44,427 nt of DNA from an uncultured Bacilli bacterium (GTDB taxonomy: Bacteria; Bacillota_I; Bacilli_A; RF39; UBA660). This document shows, one piece after another, positions 1 through 8,832 of this stretch. The position numbers were made by a program, and so were the translations under genes. The notes beneath the pieces are model-generated. The model made no database searches and was not told the DNA's origin. It was given only the letters and a program-made list of their open reading frames with translations. The stretch is taken from assembly GCA_949425575.1 (NCBI GenBank), contig CASPVX010000004.1:1-44427 (forward strand), in the 5' to 3' direction. Each line of letters starts with the position of its first letter. The first letter of the stretch is position 1.

Positions 1-2
1 TA

Positions 3-14
3 CCCCCCCCCCCC
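3..14. repeat. C12/G12 homopolymer tract
   Basis: 12 consecutive C at 3-14 in an otherwise very AT-rich sequence, at the window edge. Confidence 0.9.
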
Positions 15-72
15 AGCATATTTGCAAGTGGGAACTGTATAATTTATTTAAAAAAACAAAAAAAGAAACTAT

Positions 73-534
73 TTAAATAGTCTCTTCTTCCTCTTCCTCG
101 CCTTCATCGTCCATGTCTTCACCTATAATTGATAAATCTTCTAATTCTTCTGAAGCGTCATCATCCTCTTCATCAACACCTTCTTCAAGTGTATTATAAT
201 CTAATTCTGGATCCTCTTCTTCGATTTCTTCTTCCTCTAATTCTTCTGTTTCAGTTTCTTCGTCTTCATCTAAAATAATTTCAATTTTATGTTTATCTTT
301 TAAATCCCAAGTACCATCTTCTAAAAACACAAATCTCTTATCTGTAGTTAAAGCAGTATAGTAATCCCCTACTTTATTTACATAATCATCATCAGTCAAC
401 TCTAATAGCCCACATATTTTTTTAAAAGCATCTGGTGTTGAAAGTGATTTATTTTCTTCCTCTAAAATCATCTTTGTTAAATCTGTATATGAAAGTAATT
501 CTAATTCTTCTTTTTTCATTTTATTTAACTTCAT
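73..534 (-). CDS. rpoE: DNA-directed RNA polymerase delta subunit
   Basis: N-terminal domain with YTALTTDKRFVFLEDGTWDLK and a long D/E-rich tail; start moved to ATG 534, which follows a GGAGG SD (ORF track starts at 570). Confidence 0.93.
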   Translation of the reverse strand: MKLNKMKKEELELLSYTDLTKMILEEENKSLSTPDAFKKICGLLELTDDDYVNKVGDYYTALTTDKRFVFLEDGTWDLKDKHKIEIILDEDEETETEELEEEEIEEEDPELDYNTLEEGVDEEDDDASEELEDLSIIGEDMDDEGEEEEEETI

Positions 535-595
535 GAAAATTCCTCCTAAAAAAGTATTAATATTTCTCATTTACTTACAGCATTATATCATATTT

Positions 596-961
596 TTATT
601 CGCTGTCAATACTATATTCTAGATTATAAATAAAATTAATTTTTTCATTTTTATCTAGCGTTAAATCATAGTTAACAAAAATTTTATTTTCTTCTATTTT
701 TAAATCGTTTGTAAAAATATCTAAATAGAAATTCTTATCATACATATTATATGTTGCTTCTGTTTTTTTACCCCTAATAAATTCCATTTTTAATAAATAA
801 TTTTCTTCTCTTGATATTATTATTTTTTCTTCTAAAATTTTTACTTTTGTTTTTATCTTATCTTCATAAAAAATTATTTCATTTTCCTTTAAAATTCCTT
901 TTCCAATAAAATTTATTTCATCATCACTAATTAAATGACTTTTAATACTTATTTTTTTCAT
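596..961 (-). CDS. DUF1934 (YwiB-like) beta-barrel protein
   Basis: 121 aa beta-rich pattern (KGIL..IIFYE..TKVKI..IIISRE..MEF..GK.T..Y); neighbour of rpoE as in Bacilli. Confidence 0.65.
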   Translation of the reverse strand: MKKISIKSHLISDDEINFIGKGILKENEIIFYEDKIKTKVKILEEKIIISREENYLLKMEFIRGKKTEATYNMYDKNFYLDIFTNDLKIEENKIFVNYDLTLDKNEKINFIYNLEYSIDSE

Positions 962-1054
962 TTTGAACTCCTTTTTTTGAATTATATCATAATATAATCT
1001 TTTTACTTATATTTTTTTATTTTTTTCCAATAATAAAATTAGAAATGGAGTGAT

Positions 1055-3004
1055 TTGATGAAAAAAATGAAAAAATTTTTTATCATTTTAGCAGTAATCA
1101 TTCTAGTTTTTATTCTTTTTTACTTCGGACTTTATGTATACGCTAAACTATCACCTGGTCTACCAATAAATGGGGCAAATGGATATCACCTATATGACAG
1201 TGAGGAACTAGCATTTAATGGTGATGATAATGAATGGGTTAAATTAGATAACATATCTAAAAATATTAGAAATGCGACTGTTTCTATCGAAGATAAAAAC
1301 TTTTATAAACATCTAGGATTTGATTATTTAAGAATTATAAAAGCGTTAATGATAAATGTTAAGTCAGGCGCAAATAAGCAAGGTGCTTCAACTATTACTC
1401 AACAATATTCCAAAAATTTATTTTTAGATTTTGACAAAACATGGTCTAGAAAATTAAAAGAAGCTTGGATCACAATTAGACTAGAAACACATTATAGTAA
1501 AGATGAAATTTTGGAAGGTTATTTAAACACTATTAATTATGGAGGGATTTTTGGTATTGAAAATGCTGCTAAATACTATTTTGATAAAAAAGCTTCTGAA
1601 CTTTCTTTAGCCGAAGCTAGTATGCTGGCAGGAATCCCTAAAAACCCTAGTAGATATTCCCCTATTACGCATCCAAAAGAAGCCAAAGAAAGACAAAAAT
1701 TAATTTTAGCATCAATGGTAGATAATGGTTACATTACCGAAAAAGAAATGAAAAGAGCTTTAAACGAGGAACTTAATTATGCTCAAGAAAAAGATGATAA
1801 TAAATCTAGTATGATTATGTATTATCAAGATGCGGTTATGAAAGAATTGGAAAAAATCGATTCAATTCCAACATCATTTTTAGAAACTGGGGGACTAAAA
1901 ATATACACTAATTTAGATTCTAATGCACAAAAAGTTTTAGAAGAAAATATAAATAAAAATATTAAAAGTGAAAATATTCAGTCTGCGGCTATCATGATGG
2001 ATCCAAACACTGGAAAAGTTCTCGCACTTACAGGAGGAATGAATTATTCTAAAAGTCAATTTAATAGAGCTTTAAGCGAAAATAGACAAGTTGGATCAAC
2101 AATAAAACCATTCCTTTATTACTCAGCACTAGAAAATGGCTTTACACCATCTACTACTTTTACTAGCGAAAAAACTAATTTTTCTTTAGACAACGGAAAA
2201 ACATATAGCCCTAAAAACTACAATGACGAATATGCTAAAGGGCCAATAAGTATGGCAACTGCACTTGCCTACTCGGATAATATTTATGCTGTTAAAACTC
2301 ACCTATTTTTAGGACAAAATTCTTTAGTCAACATGCTTAAAAGAGTCGGGATAAGCAAAAATGTTAAAGAACTACCTGCTCTTGCTCTTGGAGCAGAAGA
2401 AATCAGTTTGATTGATATGATGGGAGCTTATAGTACATTAGCTAATGAAGGAAACAAAATTAAGCCTCATTTTATTAGTAAAGTTACTGATATTGAAGGA
2501 AATATTTTATATGAATATAAACCTAAACCAGAAAATATTTTAAATAAAAGTACTGTATATGTATTAAATGAATTACTAACTTCAACATACGCTAAAGAAT
2601 TTATCGACTATAATTACCCTACTTGTTATGGTATTAGCTCAAAAATGACTAAAAAATATGCGATTAAAACAGGTACTACTGATACAGATAATTTAATATT
2701 TGGTTACAATAAGGATATTCTAGTTGGTATGTGGACTGGTTATGATAATAATAAAAATGTTAATGGAGCAGATAGTTCCAATATTAAAAACGCTTGGATA
2801 GATACTATAGAAGGTTATTTAAAAGATAAAAAAGATAATTGGTATAAAACACCTAGTAATGTAGTTGGTGTTGCTGTTAATCCGTTAGATGGAACATTAT
2901 CTAACGGAAAAGATATATCTAGAATCCAATACTACATAAAAGGGACTGAACCGTCTTCAAATAAATCATTAGATGAATCAATTCCTACTGTAAAAATGGA
3001 ATAA
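1055..3004 (+). CDS. Class A penicillin-binding protein (transglycosylase/transpeptidase), PbpG/YwhE-like
   Basis: N-terminal TM; GT motifs EDKNFYKHLG, GASTITQQ, RKLKE, KDEILEGYLN; TP motifs STIK, SDN, KTG. Confidence 0.93.
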   Translation: MMKKMKKFFIILAVIILVFILFYFGLYVYAKLSPGLPINGANGYHLYDSEELAFNGDDNEWVKLDNISKNIRNATVSIEDKNFYKHLGFDYLRIIKALMINVKSGANKQGASTITQQYSKNLFLDFDKTWSRKLKEAWITIRLETHYSKDEILEGYLNTINYGGIFGIENAAKYYFDKKASELSLAEASMLAGIPKNPSRYSPITHPKEAKERQKLILASMVDNGYITEKEMKRALNEELNYAQEKDDNKSSMIMYYQDAVMKELEKIDSIPTSFLETGGLKIYTNLDSNAQKVLEENINKNIKSENIQSAAIMMDPNTGKVLALTGGMNYSKSQFNRALSENRQVGSTIKPFLYYSALENGFTPSTTFTSEKTNFSLDNGKTYSPKNYNDEYAKGPISMATALAYSDNIYAVKTHLFLGQNSLVNMLKRVGISKNVKELPALALGAEEISLIDMMGAYSTLANEGNKIKPHFISKVTDIEGNILYEYKPKPENILNKSTVYVLNELLTSTYAKEFIDYNYPTCYGISSKMTKKYAIKTGTTDTDNLIFGYNKDILVGMWTGYDNNKNVNGADSSNIKNAWIDTIEGYLKDKKDNWYKTPSNVVGVAVNPLDGTLSNGKDISRIQYYIKGTEPSSNKSLDESIPTVKME

Positions 3005-3019
3005 AAAAGAAAGTGTTTT

Positions 3020-3595
3020 CTATTCACTTTCTTTTATTATTTCTACAACATCACCAGTTTTAAGTAAAAATGCATTAGCATCATCAGTATCTAAATGGCA
3101 TTCAAAATAAGCATTTTCTTGTACTTTTAAAAATACATTATTTAAAATCCCACTTTTTTCACCAGAAACATTTAAACTAACTGTATCTGTTTCATGTAAA
3201 TTTAATTCTTCTAACTTTTCTTTTGTTAAATGAATATGTCTAATTGCTTGAATACAACAATCTTCCTTTTTAATACTACCTTTTGGTCCTATTAAAGTAA
3301 CAGTTTCGCTACCCTTTAAATCTCCAGAGTTTCTAACTGGCGGATTTATTCCTAGTTTATAAGCGTCTGTTCTAGAAATTTCAACCTGCGTATATTTTCT
3401 TATAGGTCCTAGCACTCTTACATTAGTTATTTCTGATTTATCTGTTTTAATCGTTACTACATCAGTACTCGAAAATTCATTAGTTTGATTTAATGGTCTT
3501 AATTCTTTTAGTTCATAATTTTTTCCAAATAATATCTCTACATCTTGATTATTTAAATGTATATGTCTATTCGATACTCCTATTGGCACTATCAT
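3020..3595 (-). CDS. pduL: PduL-type phosphate acyltransferase (phosphotransacylase)
   Basis: VSNRHIHL, VRVLGP.R..TQVEIS.TDA..LG, RHIH and HLDTDDANA motifs. Confidence 0.9.
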   Translation of the reverse strand: MIVPIGVSNRHIHLNNQDVEILFGKNYELKELRPLNQTNEFSSTDVVTIKTDKSEITNVRVLGPIRKYTQVEISRTDAYKLGINPPVRNSGDLKGSETVTLIGPKGSIKKEDCCIQAIRHIHLTKEKLEELNLHETDTVSLNVSGEKSGILNNVFLKVQENAYFECHLDTDDANAFLLKTGDVVEIIKESE

Positions 3596-3667
3596 ATATA
3601 ATCACCCACTTAAATTTTAGCATACTTTGACAAAATAAATAATATATTTTTATAGAAAGGAGCTAAA

Positions 3668-4015
3668 ATGAACAATAATTATGTAAATAATTTTCCGGGT
3701 AAACCAATTTACTCTGGAACAATGACTGTACCAAATCAAAGTTCTGTGAATGAAATTCCAGATGAACAGTCATATATAGAAAATATTTTAAGATTAAACA
3801 GAGGGAAAACTGTCGAAGTTTATATGTCATTCCCTGATTCTAATGAATGGAGAGACAAAGTTTTCTATGGCGTTATAGAACAATCAGGAAGAGATCATAT
3901 TATCTTAAGTGATCCTAGAAGTGGTGATTGGTATTTATTATTAATGATATATGTTAATTACATTAAATTTGATGAAAGAATAATTTCTAGTGGTGAGTTT
4001 TACCCTACCAACTAA
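3668..4015 (+). CDS. gerQ: Spore coat protein GerQ
   Basis: EQSYIENILRLNRGK...GRDHIILSDP..G..YLLLMIY..YI.FDE signature; SD AAAGGAG. Confidence 0.92.
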   Translation: MNNNYVNNFPGKPIYSGTMTVPNQSSVNEIPDEQSYIENILRLNRGKTVEVYMSFPDSNEWRDKVFYGVIEQSGRDHIILSDPRSGDWYLLLMIYVNYIKFDERIISSGEFYPTN

Positions 4016-4044
4016 TTGAAAAAGAACATGTTATTTGTTATAAT
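4016..4044 (+). promoter_or_regulatory. sigma-A promoter of lemA
   Basis: TTGAAA-17nt-TATAAT with an extended TG. Confidence 0.6.
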
Positions 4045-4061
4045 GAATATAGGTGAAGTAT

Positions 4062-4601
4062 ATGCATATTTTTATAACTATAACATCAATTATTATTTGC
4101 GTTTGTCTAATTTTAATTTGGTTTATAAGCGTCTATAATAGATTTCAAGGCTTAATAATCAGAGTAAATGAAGCTGAAGTTAATATTGATTCAGTTTTAA
4201 GAAAAAGATTTGATTTATTAAATAAATCTATTGATATAATTACAGTAAATGTAAAACCAAAAGAAGAAGTTTTACCTATGATTGTAAAACTAAGATCAAA
4301 AAAACTAAATAATTTTGATTTAGACAGAAAATTATATGAGGGGCTTAAAGAATTTAATCACTATAAAGAAAGATACCCAGAATTAAAATTAGCTGAATCA
4401 TTTGTAAAAACAGATATTTCTTTAAATGAATCAGAAGCTGAAATTGAGGCTTTTAGAAGATATTATAATGATATAATTACTGATTACAATAAATTAGTTA
4501 GAACATTTCCATCAAATATAGCTGCACTTATTTTTAAACAAAAAAAGAAACCATATTTTGATGGAAAAGATCCAGAAACAAGTGATAGCGTAAAATTATA
4601 A
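4062..4601 (+). CDS. lemA: LemA family protein
   Basis: N-terminal TM, YN....RV.EA..NID..L.KRFDL, ERYPELK, RRYYN..I.DYN..V.TFPSNI.A; ATG 4062 follows AGGTGA (track starts at GTG 4053). Confidence 0.88.
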   Translation: MHIFITITSIIICVCLILIWFISVYNRFQGLIIRVNEAEVNIDSVLRKRFDLLNKSIDIITVNVKPKEEVLPMIVKLRSKKLNNFDLDRKLYEGLKEFNHYKERYPELKLAESFVKTDISLNESEAEIEAFRRYYNDIITDYNKLVRTFPSNIAALIFKQKKKPYFDGKDPETSDSVKL

Positions 4602-4625
4602 ACAAGATCATTTCTTGTTTTTCTT
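4600..4625 (+). terminator. Intrinsic terminator after lemA
   Basis: AAACAAGA-TCATT-TCTTGTTT followed by T-rich sequence. Confidence 0.5.
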
Positions 4626-4686
4626 TTTATATAAGGTAACAATCTCCATAAATTTACATTTTTCTCTATAAAAAAACCAAATAATT

Positions 4687-5133
4687 TTATTTGGTTTTCT
4701 TTTTATTTTTTTTACTTCTATTACTCATTTTATGTTTAATTGCTATATATATAATTATAAGTACTGTTAATATAGCAGAACCATACAATACATATTCTTG
4801 TTTTATTATAGATTTATCATCAGAATTTTTTTTATCATCTTCATCTACTTTAATAACATATTCCCCATCTTTAGTATAAAGATAATTTTCTCTCGCATAT
4901 CTTGCAACATAATCTTTATCTTGCAGTTTTGTTATTTCTGTTTTTAAATTATCTGCTTCTTTTTGCATATCCCTCAAATTAGTTTCTAATTGTTTTTGTT
5001 CTTTTTGTAGTGTATATAAATTATATCCCATACTAGCTATTGTAAATATACATGAAAAAATAGCTAATATAGATAGAGGAACTAAAATAACAAGTCTTCG
5101 TTTTGATTGTTTACTTACTCTTCGTTTAGCCAT
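4687..5133 (-). CDS. divIC: Septum formation initiator DivIC/FtsB family, with an extra C-terminal TM
   Basis: basic N-terminus, TM, coiled coil, L.DKDYVARYARENYLYTKDGE motif; yabP-yabQ-divIC synteny. Confidence 0.87.
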   Translation of the reverse strand: MAKRRVSKQSKRRLVILVPLSILAIFSCIFTIASMGYNLYTLQKEQKQLETNLRDMQKEADNLKTEITKLQDKDYVARYARENYLYTKDGEYVIKVDEDDKKNSDDKSIIKQEYVLYGSAILTVLIIIYIAIKHKMSNRSKKNKKKTK

Positions 5134-5164
5134 TTTTTCACCACCCTATCATAGGATGAGTATA

Positions 5165-5449
5165 TCATTTTTTAAATTTTTTCGCAAGGTACCTATATAG
5201 GGTACTTTCTAAAAAACTCCCTAATAATAAGGCAAAAACAAAATAAACGTGAAATGCTCCTGATGTAATATTCTTAAGAATTATAAAATAACCTAAAACA
5301 CCAATTAGAATAATTACTAAAGAAGATGCTATTTTAATATATTTTTTTGTTTCATATATCATTTTATGATTTAGACTAACAAACAAAGAATATAGAAATC
5401 CATATAGCAGTGAAAAAAATAATCCTGATATTTGTACACTTAAAATCAT
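5165..5449 (-). CDS. yabQ: Spore cortex biosynthesis protein YabQ (short, membrane domain only)
   Basis: MILSVQI...FSLLYG start, three hydrophobic segments, position between yabP and divIC. Confidence 0.75.
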   Translation of the reverse strand: MILSVQISGLFFSLLYGFLYSLFVSLNHKMIYETKKYIKIASSLVIILIGVLGYFIILKNITSGAFHVYFVFALLLGSFLESTLYRYLAKKFKK

Positions 5450-5736
5450 TTAAATAATTTAGTAAAAAGGCCCTCTTCTTTTCCCTTTTCTTTTGCTTCA
5501 GTATAGTGTAAATCATCAACATGACCTTTAATTGAAACATTTCCTTGATAAGTATCTAATTTAATAATTTCCAATTCTGAACCTTTAATTACTAAATTAC
5601 CTAATGTTGTTTCTAAAAAAAACTCACTATCATCAAAACTATCAATCTTTTTTACTCCTGTAATAATTATGTTTTTACGCTCATTAATAGATACACTATG
5701 TGTTAATGATGTAATTACTGTTTCCATCTTGTCCAT
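5446..5736 (-). CDS. yabP: Sporulation protein YabP
   Basis: H.V.I.ERK.I.ITGV...DSFD..EF.LET.LG.L.IKG.EL motif, C-terminal LFTKLFK. Confidence 0.93.
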   Translation of the reverse strand: MDKMETVITSLTHSVSINERKNIIITGVKKIDSFDDSEFFLETTLGNLVIKGSELEIIKLDTYQGNVSIKGHVDDLHYTEAKEKGKEEGLFTKLFK

Positions 5737-5752
5737 TTTTACCTCCCATAAA

Positions 5753-5780
5753 ATTATATGAAAGAAAAAAATAAATATGA
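5753..5780 (-). promoter_or_regulatory. Putative sigma-E promoter of yabPQ-divIC
   Basis: TCATATT-13nt-CATATAAT matches the B. subtilis sigma-E consensus. Confidence 0.65.
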
Positions 5781-5792
5781 AAAAAACAAGAA

Positions 5793-6047
5793 TTAATCTT
5801 GTTCGTTATAAGCATTTATTACTGCGTCATGAAACATTTGACGGCATTCTTTAGTAATTGGATGTGCTGTATCACAATATCTACCTGGAGCAACTTCATG
5901 GCTTGGCATTGCTACAAATAGTGAATCATCTTTTTCAATAATTCTAGCATGAACAACAAAGCAATCATCGAGAGTGATGTCGGCAGTAGCTTTCATTCTT
6001 GATCCTTCTTTTTCTTTTTTCTTAATTGTAACTGATGTAATCTTCAA
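5793..6047 (-). CDS. spoVG: SpoVG
   Basis: KIT.V.I....MKA.A.ITLD.CFVVH..RII.....LFVAMPS....D.AHPI; probable TTG start after GGGAG (track starts at 6065). Confidence 0.92.
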   Translation of the reverse strand: MKITSVTIKKKEKEGSRMKATADITLDDCFVVHARIIEKDDSLFVAMPSHEVAPGRYCDTAHPITKECRQMFHDAVINAYNEQD

Positions 6048-6121
6048 AATAACATCTCCCTTCATAGCTTATCTCATTTTCAGTATATAATATTTTGGAA
6101 AAAAATGCAAGGAATAGGTTT

Positions 6122-6358
6122 TTATTTATATATTTTTATAGTTTTTGTAATTAAATCCGAATATGAAAAAGATTTTGTTCCATTTGATACTTTTACTAAA
6201 AAAACTGCATTGTATAATTTATCAATTATCCCCTCATATTTTTCTATTTTATTTCGTCCTAAATTATATTCTATTAAAACTTTTTGTCCTATATACTTGC
6301 TAAGGATTGTTCGCATTGTTTTATTATCACAAACTACCTTATCTAGGATATCCAACAT
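6122..6358 (-). CDS. veg: Veg family protein
   Basis: IGQKV....N.GRNK....EG.I...Y..VF.V......SFSYSDLIT; yabG-veg synteny; start uncertain. Confidence 0.85.
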   Translation of the reverse strand: MLDILDKVVCDNKTMRTILSKYIGQKVLIEYNLGRNKIEKYEGIIDKLYNAVFLVKVSNGTKSFSYSDLITKTIKIYK

Positions 6359-7121
6359 ACATTGTTCCTTTCGTTATTATTCCTCCCATACCTTCTATAC
6401 CATATTTAGTATTTTCCAAAATACATTTTAAATTAATATCTTTGTTTATATCTGACAAACTCATTTTAGTAGCGACAATAGCTGGATCCAAAGCGTGAAT
6501 ATTGACTCTTTTTGGACTAGAAGCAAAATTAGCACCTGCTTTTATTAGTTCTTCATAATAAGAACTACACCCACCAGCTATTACAATTAATTTTTCATGA
6601 CTTTTTTCATATTTTCGAGCATTTTTAATTGCATCTACAAAATATTTACTGTTTTTATATGAATTGATATCTTTAGAATTTCCACCTTTATTAAATGCAT
6701 CATGACCCGTTATCACTACAATATCAGGTTTATACTCATTTAATAAATCTTCTATTTTATCTGGCATTTCTGCCTCCCTAAGTGAAATTCCCATTGCCCA
6801 AATGTCAATATCTTTATAATACTCTAAACATCTATTCAAATATTCATTATCACTATCAATATGAAGAATTTTTCCAGGCAAATAAAAATAGTCATCACGG
6901 TCTAAATCTAATGGCTTTTTTATTCTTGTTAAAAATTCTTTTTCTTTCTCAATATCAGCACTGCGATCATACTTTTTCAAATCTGACATCGGTCCATCAG
7001 CAACTAATCTAATATTAAAGCCTTTTAAAATGCAGACATCTTCTTCTATTCTTATAATTTTAAATATAATATCATTATTATAAGAATTTCGAGTTACTAA
7101 ATCTCCCTCCTTAAATTCCAT
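6339..7121 (-). CDS. yabG: Sporulation peptidase YabG
   Basis: GDLVTRNSY..DI.F, PGKILHID.D..YL..C, PDI.VITGHD, GANFASSP.RVNIHALDP; ATG 7121 follows GGGTGA. Confidence 0.95.
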   Translation of the reverse strand: MEFKEGDLVTRNSYNNDIIFKIIRIEEDVCILKGFNIRLVADGPMSDLKKYDRSADIEKEKEFLTRIKKPLDLDRDDYFYLPGKILHIDSDNEYLNRCLEYYKDIDIWAMGISLREAEMPDKIEDLLNEYKPDIVVITGHDAFNKGGNSKDINSYKNSKYFVDAIKNARKYEKSHEKLIVIAGGCSSYYEELIKAGANFASSPKRVNIHALDPAIVATKMSLSDINKDINLKCILENTKYGIEGMGGIITKGTMYVGYPR

Positions 7122-7136
7122 ATTATCACCCAACTA

Positions 7137-7164
7137 ATTGTATGTTATAAAAATACTTTTATTA
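7137..7164 (-). promoter_or_regulatory. Putative mother-cell (sigma-E/K type) promoter of yabG
   Basis: -10 CATACAAT at 7144-7137; -35 only partially matching. Confidence 0.45.
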
Positions 7165-7241
7165 CAACCTTTAAATTAATAGTAATAAATACAATTAATA
7201 TTTTTAACAAAAATATATAATATAAAAAGATTTAGTTTTTA

Positions 7242-8141
7242 CTAAATCTTTAAGTATTTTCTAACTGCTCTCCATGAACCAAACATACCTACTAATATAC
7301 CAATTCCTAAAAGAATTAATGATACGTAGTACATAAATGGCGATGGCGCTAATAATTTAATAAATGGCGAGAATAGTTGGCCATTAAAATGATGATAAAT
7401 TGTTGTATATCCATATATTGTTGCAATGATTGGAATGATTGCTCCAAAAGCTCCTAAGAATAACCCTTCCATAATAAATGGAATCTTAATGTTTAAGTTA
7501 GAAGCACCTACTAAACGCATAATTTCAATTTCTCTTTGTCTTGAGAAAATTGTTATCTTAATTGTATTAGAAATTAAAAATGCAGTTACTATAATCAAAG
7601 CAATAACAAGACCAATTGTAATTTTATGTACTGCATCGAAAGCACCAATTAATTGTTCTACCATGCCTTCTCCATATTTAACAATACTTACGCCTTCCAT
7701 ATCTTCAATTTCTTTTGCAATTTTGTTAATTTGTTCAATATCTTTTACTTTTACTTGAATTGCATTATATAATGGATTTTCTTCACTAGACCAATCTTTC
7801 ATAATATTTTCAAAATCAGATGATGATTCCATCATTTCTTCTTTAATTTGATCTTTTGATCTAAAATCATATGAAGCTACACCAGACATTGTTTTTATTT
7901 TAGTTTCGATTTCATCTATTTTATCTTGTTTTATATTTTTATCAAGAAAGGCTACAATAGTTACATCTTTTTCTACTAAGCTAGTAAAATTATTAACATT
8001 ATAAAAAAGTATTATAGAAACAGCTACAACAAGTAGTGTTATTGTTATACAAGATATTGATGCAAGTGAAAGTGAAAAATTTCTAAATACACTTTTAAAT
8101 GCATCTCTAATGTTTCTTCCAAAAATTCTAAATGCTTTCAT
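7242..8141 (-). CDS. ftsX: Cell division permease-like protein FtsX
   Basis: 4 TM, ISNTIKITIFSR.REIEIMRLVGA....I..PF..EG motif; overlaps ftsE; likely ATG 8141. Confidence 0.95.
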   Translation of the reverse strand: MKAFRIFGRNIRDAFKSVFRNFSLSLASISCITITLLVVAVSIILFYNVNNFTSLVEKDVTIVAFLDKNIKQDKIDEIETKIKTMSGVASYDFRSKDQIKEEMMESSSDFENIMKDWSSEENPLYNAIQVKVKDIEQINKIAKEIEDMEGVSIVKYGEGMVEQLIGAFDAVHKITIGLVIALIIVTAFLISNTIKITIFSRQREIEIMRLVGASNLNIKIPFIMEGLFLGAFGAIIPIIATIYGYTTIYHHFNGQLFSPFIKLLAPSPFMYYVSLILLGIGILVGMFGSWRAVRKYLKI

Positions 8142-8823
8142 CTTTAAATGTTCCTTTCGCATAATCTTTTAATATTCTTCCAGATTGTAACCTAATTGTT
8201 CTTTTTTTCATTTTTTTAACAATACTAATATCATGAGTAACCATTATAATTGTTGTTCCAAGTTTATTGATTTGATCTAAGACTTCCATAATTTCCATAC
8301 TAGTATTCGGATCTAAGTTTCCAGTTGGTTCATCACATATTAATAATTTTGGGCCATTAACAATAGCTCTTGCAATTGCAACCCTTTGTTGTTCACCACC
8401 TGAAAGTTGTCTAGGATAGTTTTTTATTTTATGTTTTAATCCTACTAATTCTAACACCTTAATAACCTTAGAATGTATTTCATCTTTAGGTAAACCGAAA
8501 ACTTCTAGTGAAAATGCTACATTTTCATAAACAGTTGCTTTTGGTAATAATTTAAAATCTTGAAACACAACTCCAATTTTTCTTCTTAATTTATATACTT
8601 TACCATTACGCAATTTTCCTACATCTATTCCACCAACAATAATTTGACCACTTGTTGGTTTTTCTTCACGGTAAAGCATTTTTATTAGTGTACTTTTTCC
8701 ACAACCAGTTGATCCAATAAGAAAAACAAAATCTCCTTTTTCAATTGATAAACTCATTTGTTGTATCGCAGTTACACCAGTTTTATATGTTTTTTTAACA
8801 TCTCTTAATCTAATTAAATCCAT
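8128..8823 (-). CDS. ftsE: Cell division ATP-binding protein FtsE
   Basis: Walker A GSTGCGKST, LRRKIGVVFQDFKLL, LSGGEQQR, DEPTGNLD. Confidence 0.96.
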   Translation of the reverse strand: MDLIRLRDVKKTYKTGVTAIQQMSLSIEKGDFVFLIGSTGCGKSTLIKMLYREEKPTSGQIIVGGIDVGKLRNGKVYKLRRKIGVVFQDFKLLPKATVYENVAFSLEVFGLPKDEIHSKVIKVLELVGLKHKIKNYPRQLSGGEQQRVAIARAIVNGPKLLICDEPTGNLDPNTSMEIMEVLDQINKLGTTIIMVTHDISIVKKMKKRTIRLQSGRILKDYAKGTFKDESI

Positions 8824-8832
8824 TGTTACCTC

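Noticed and set aside
1007-1035. Forespore sigma-F/G promoter for the first PBP
   Set aside because: The match (TTATA-17-AATAATA) is too weak in such AT-rich DNA to support.
3811-3817. Spo0A box TGTCGAA
   Set aside because: Lies inside the gerQ coding sequence; expected by chance.
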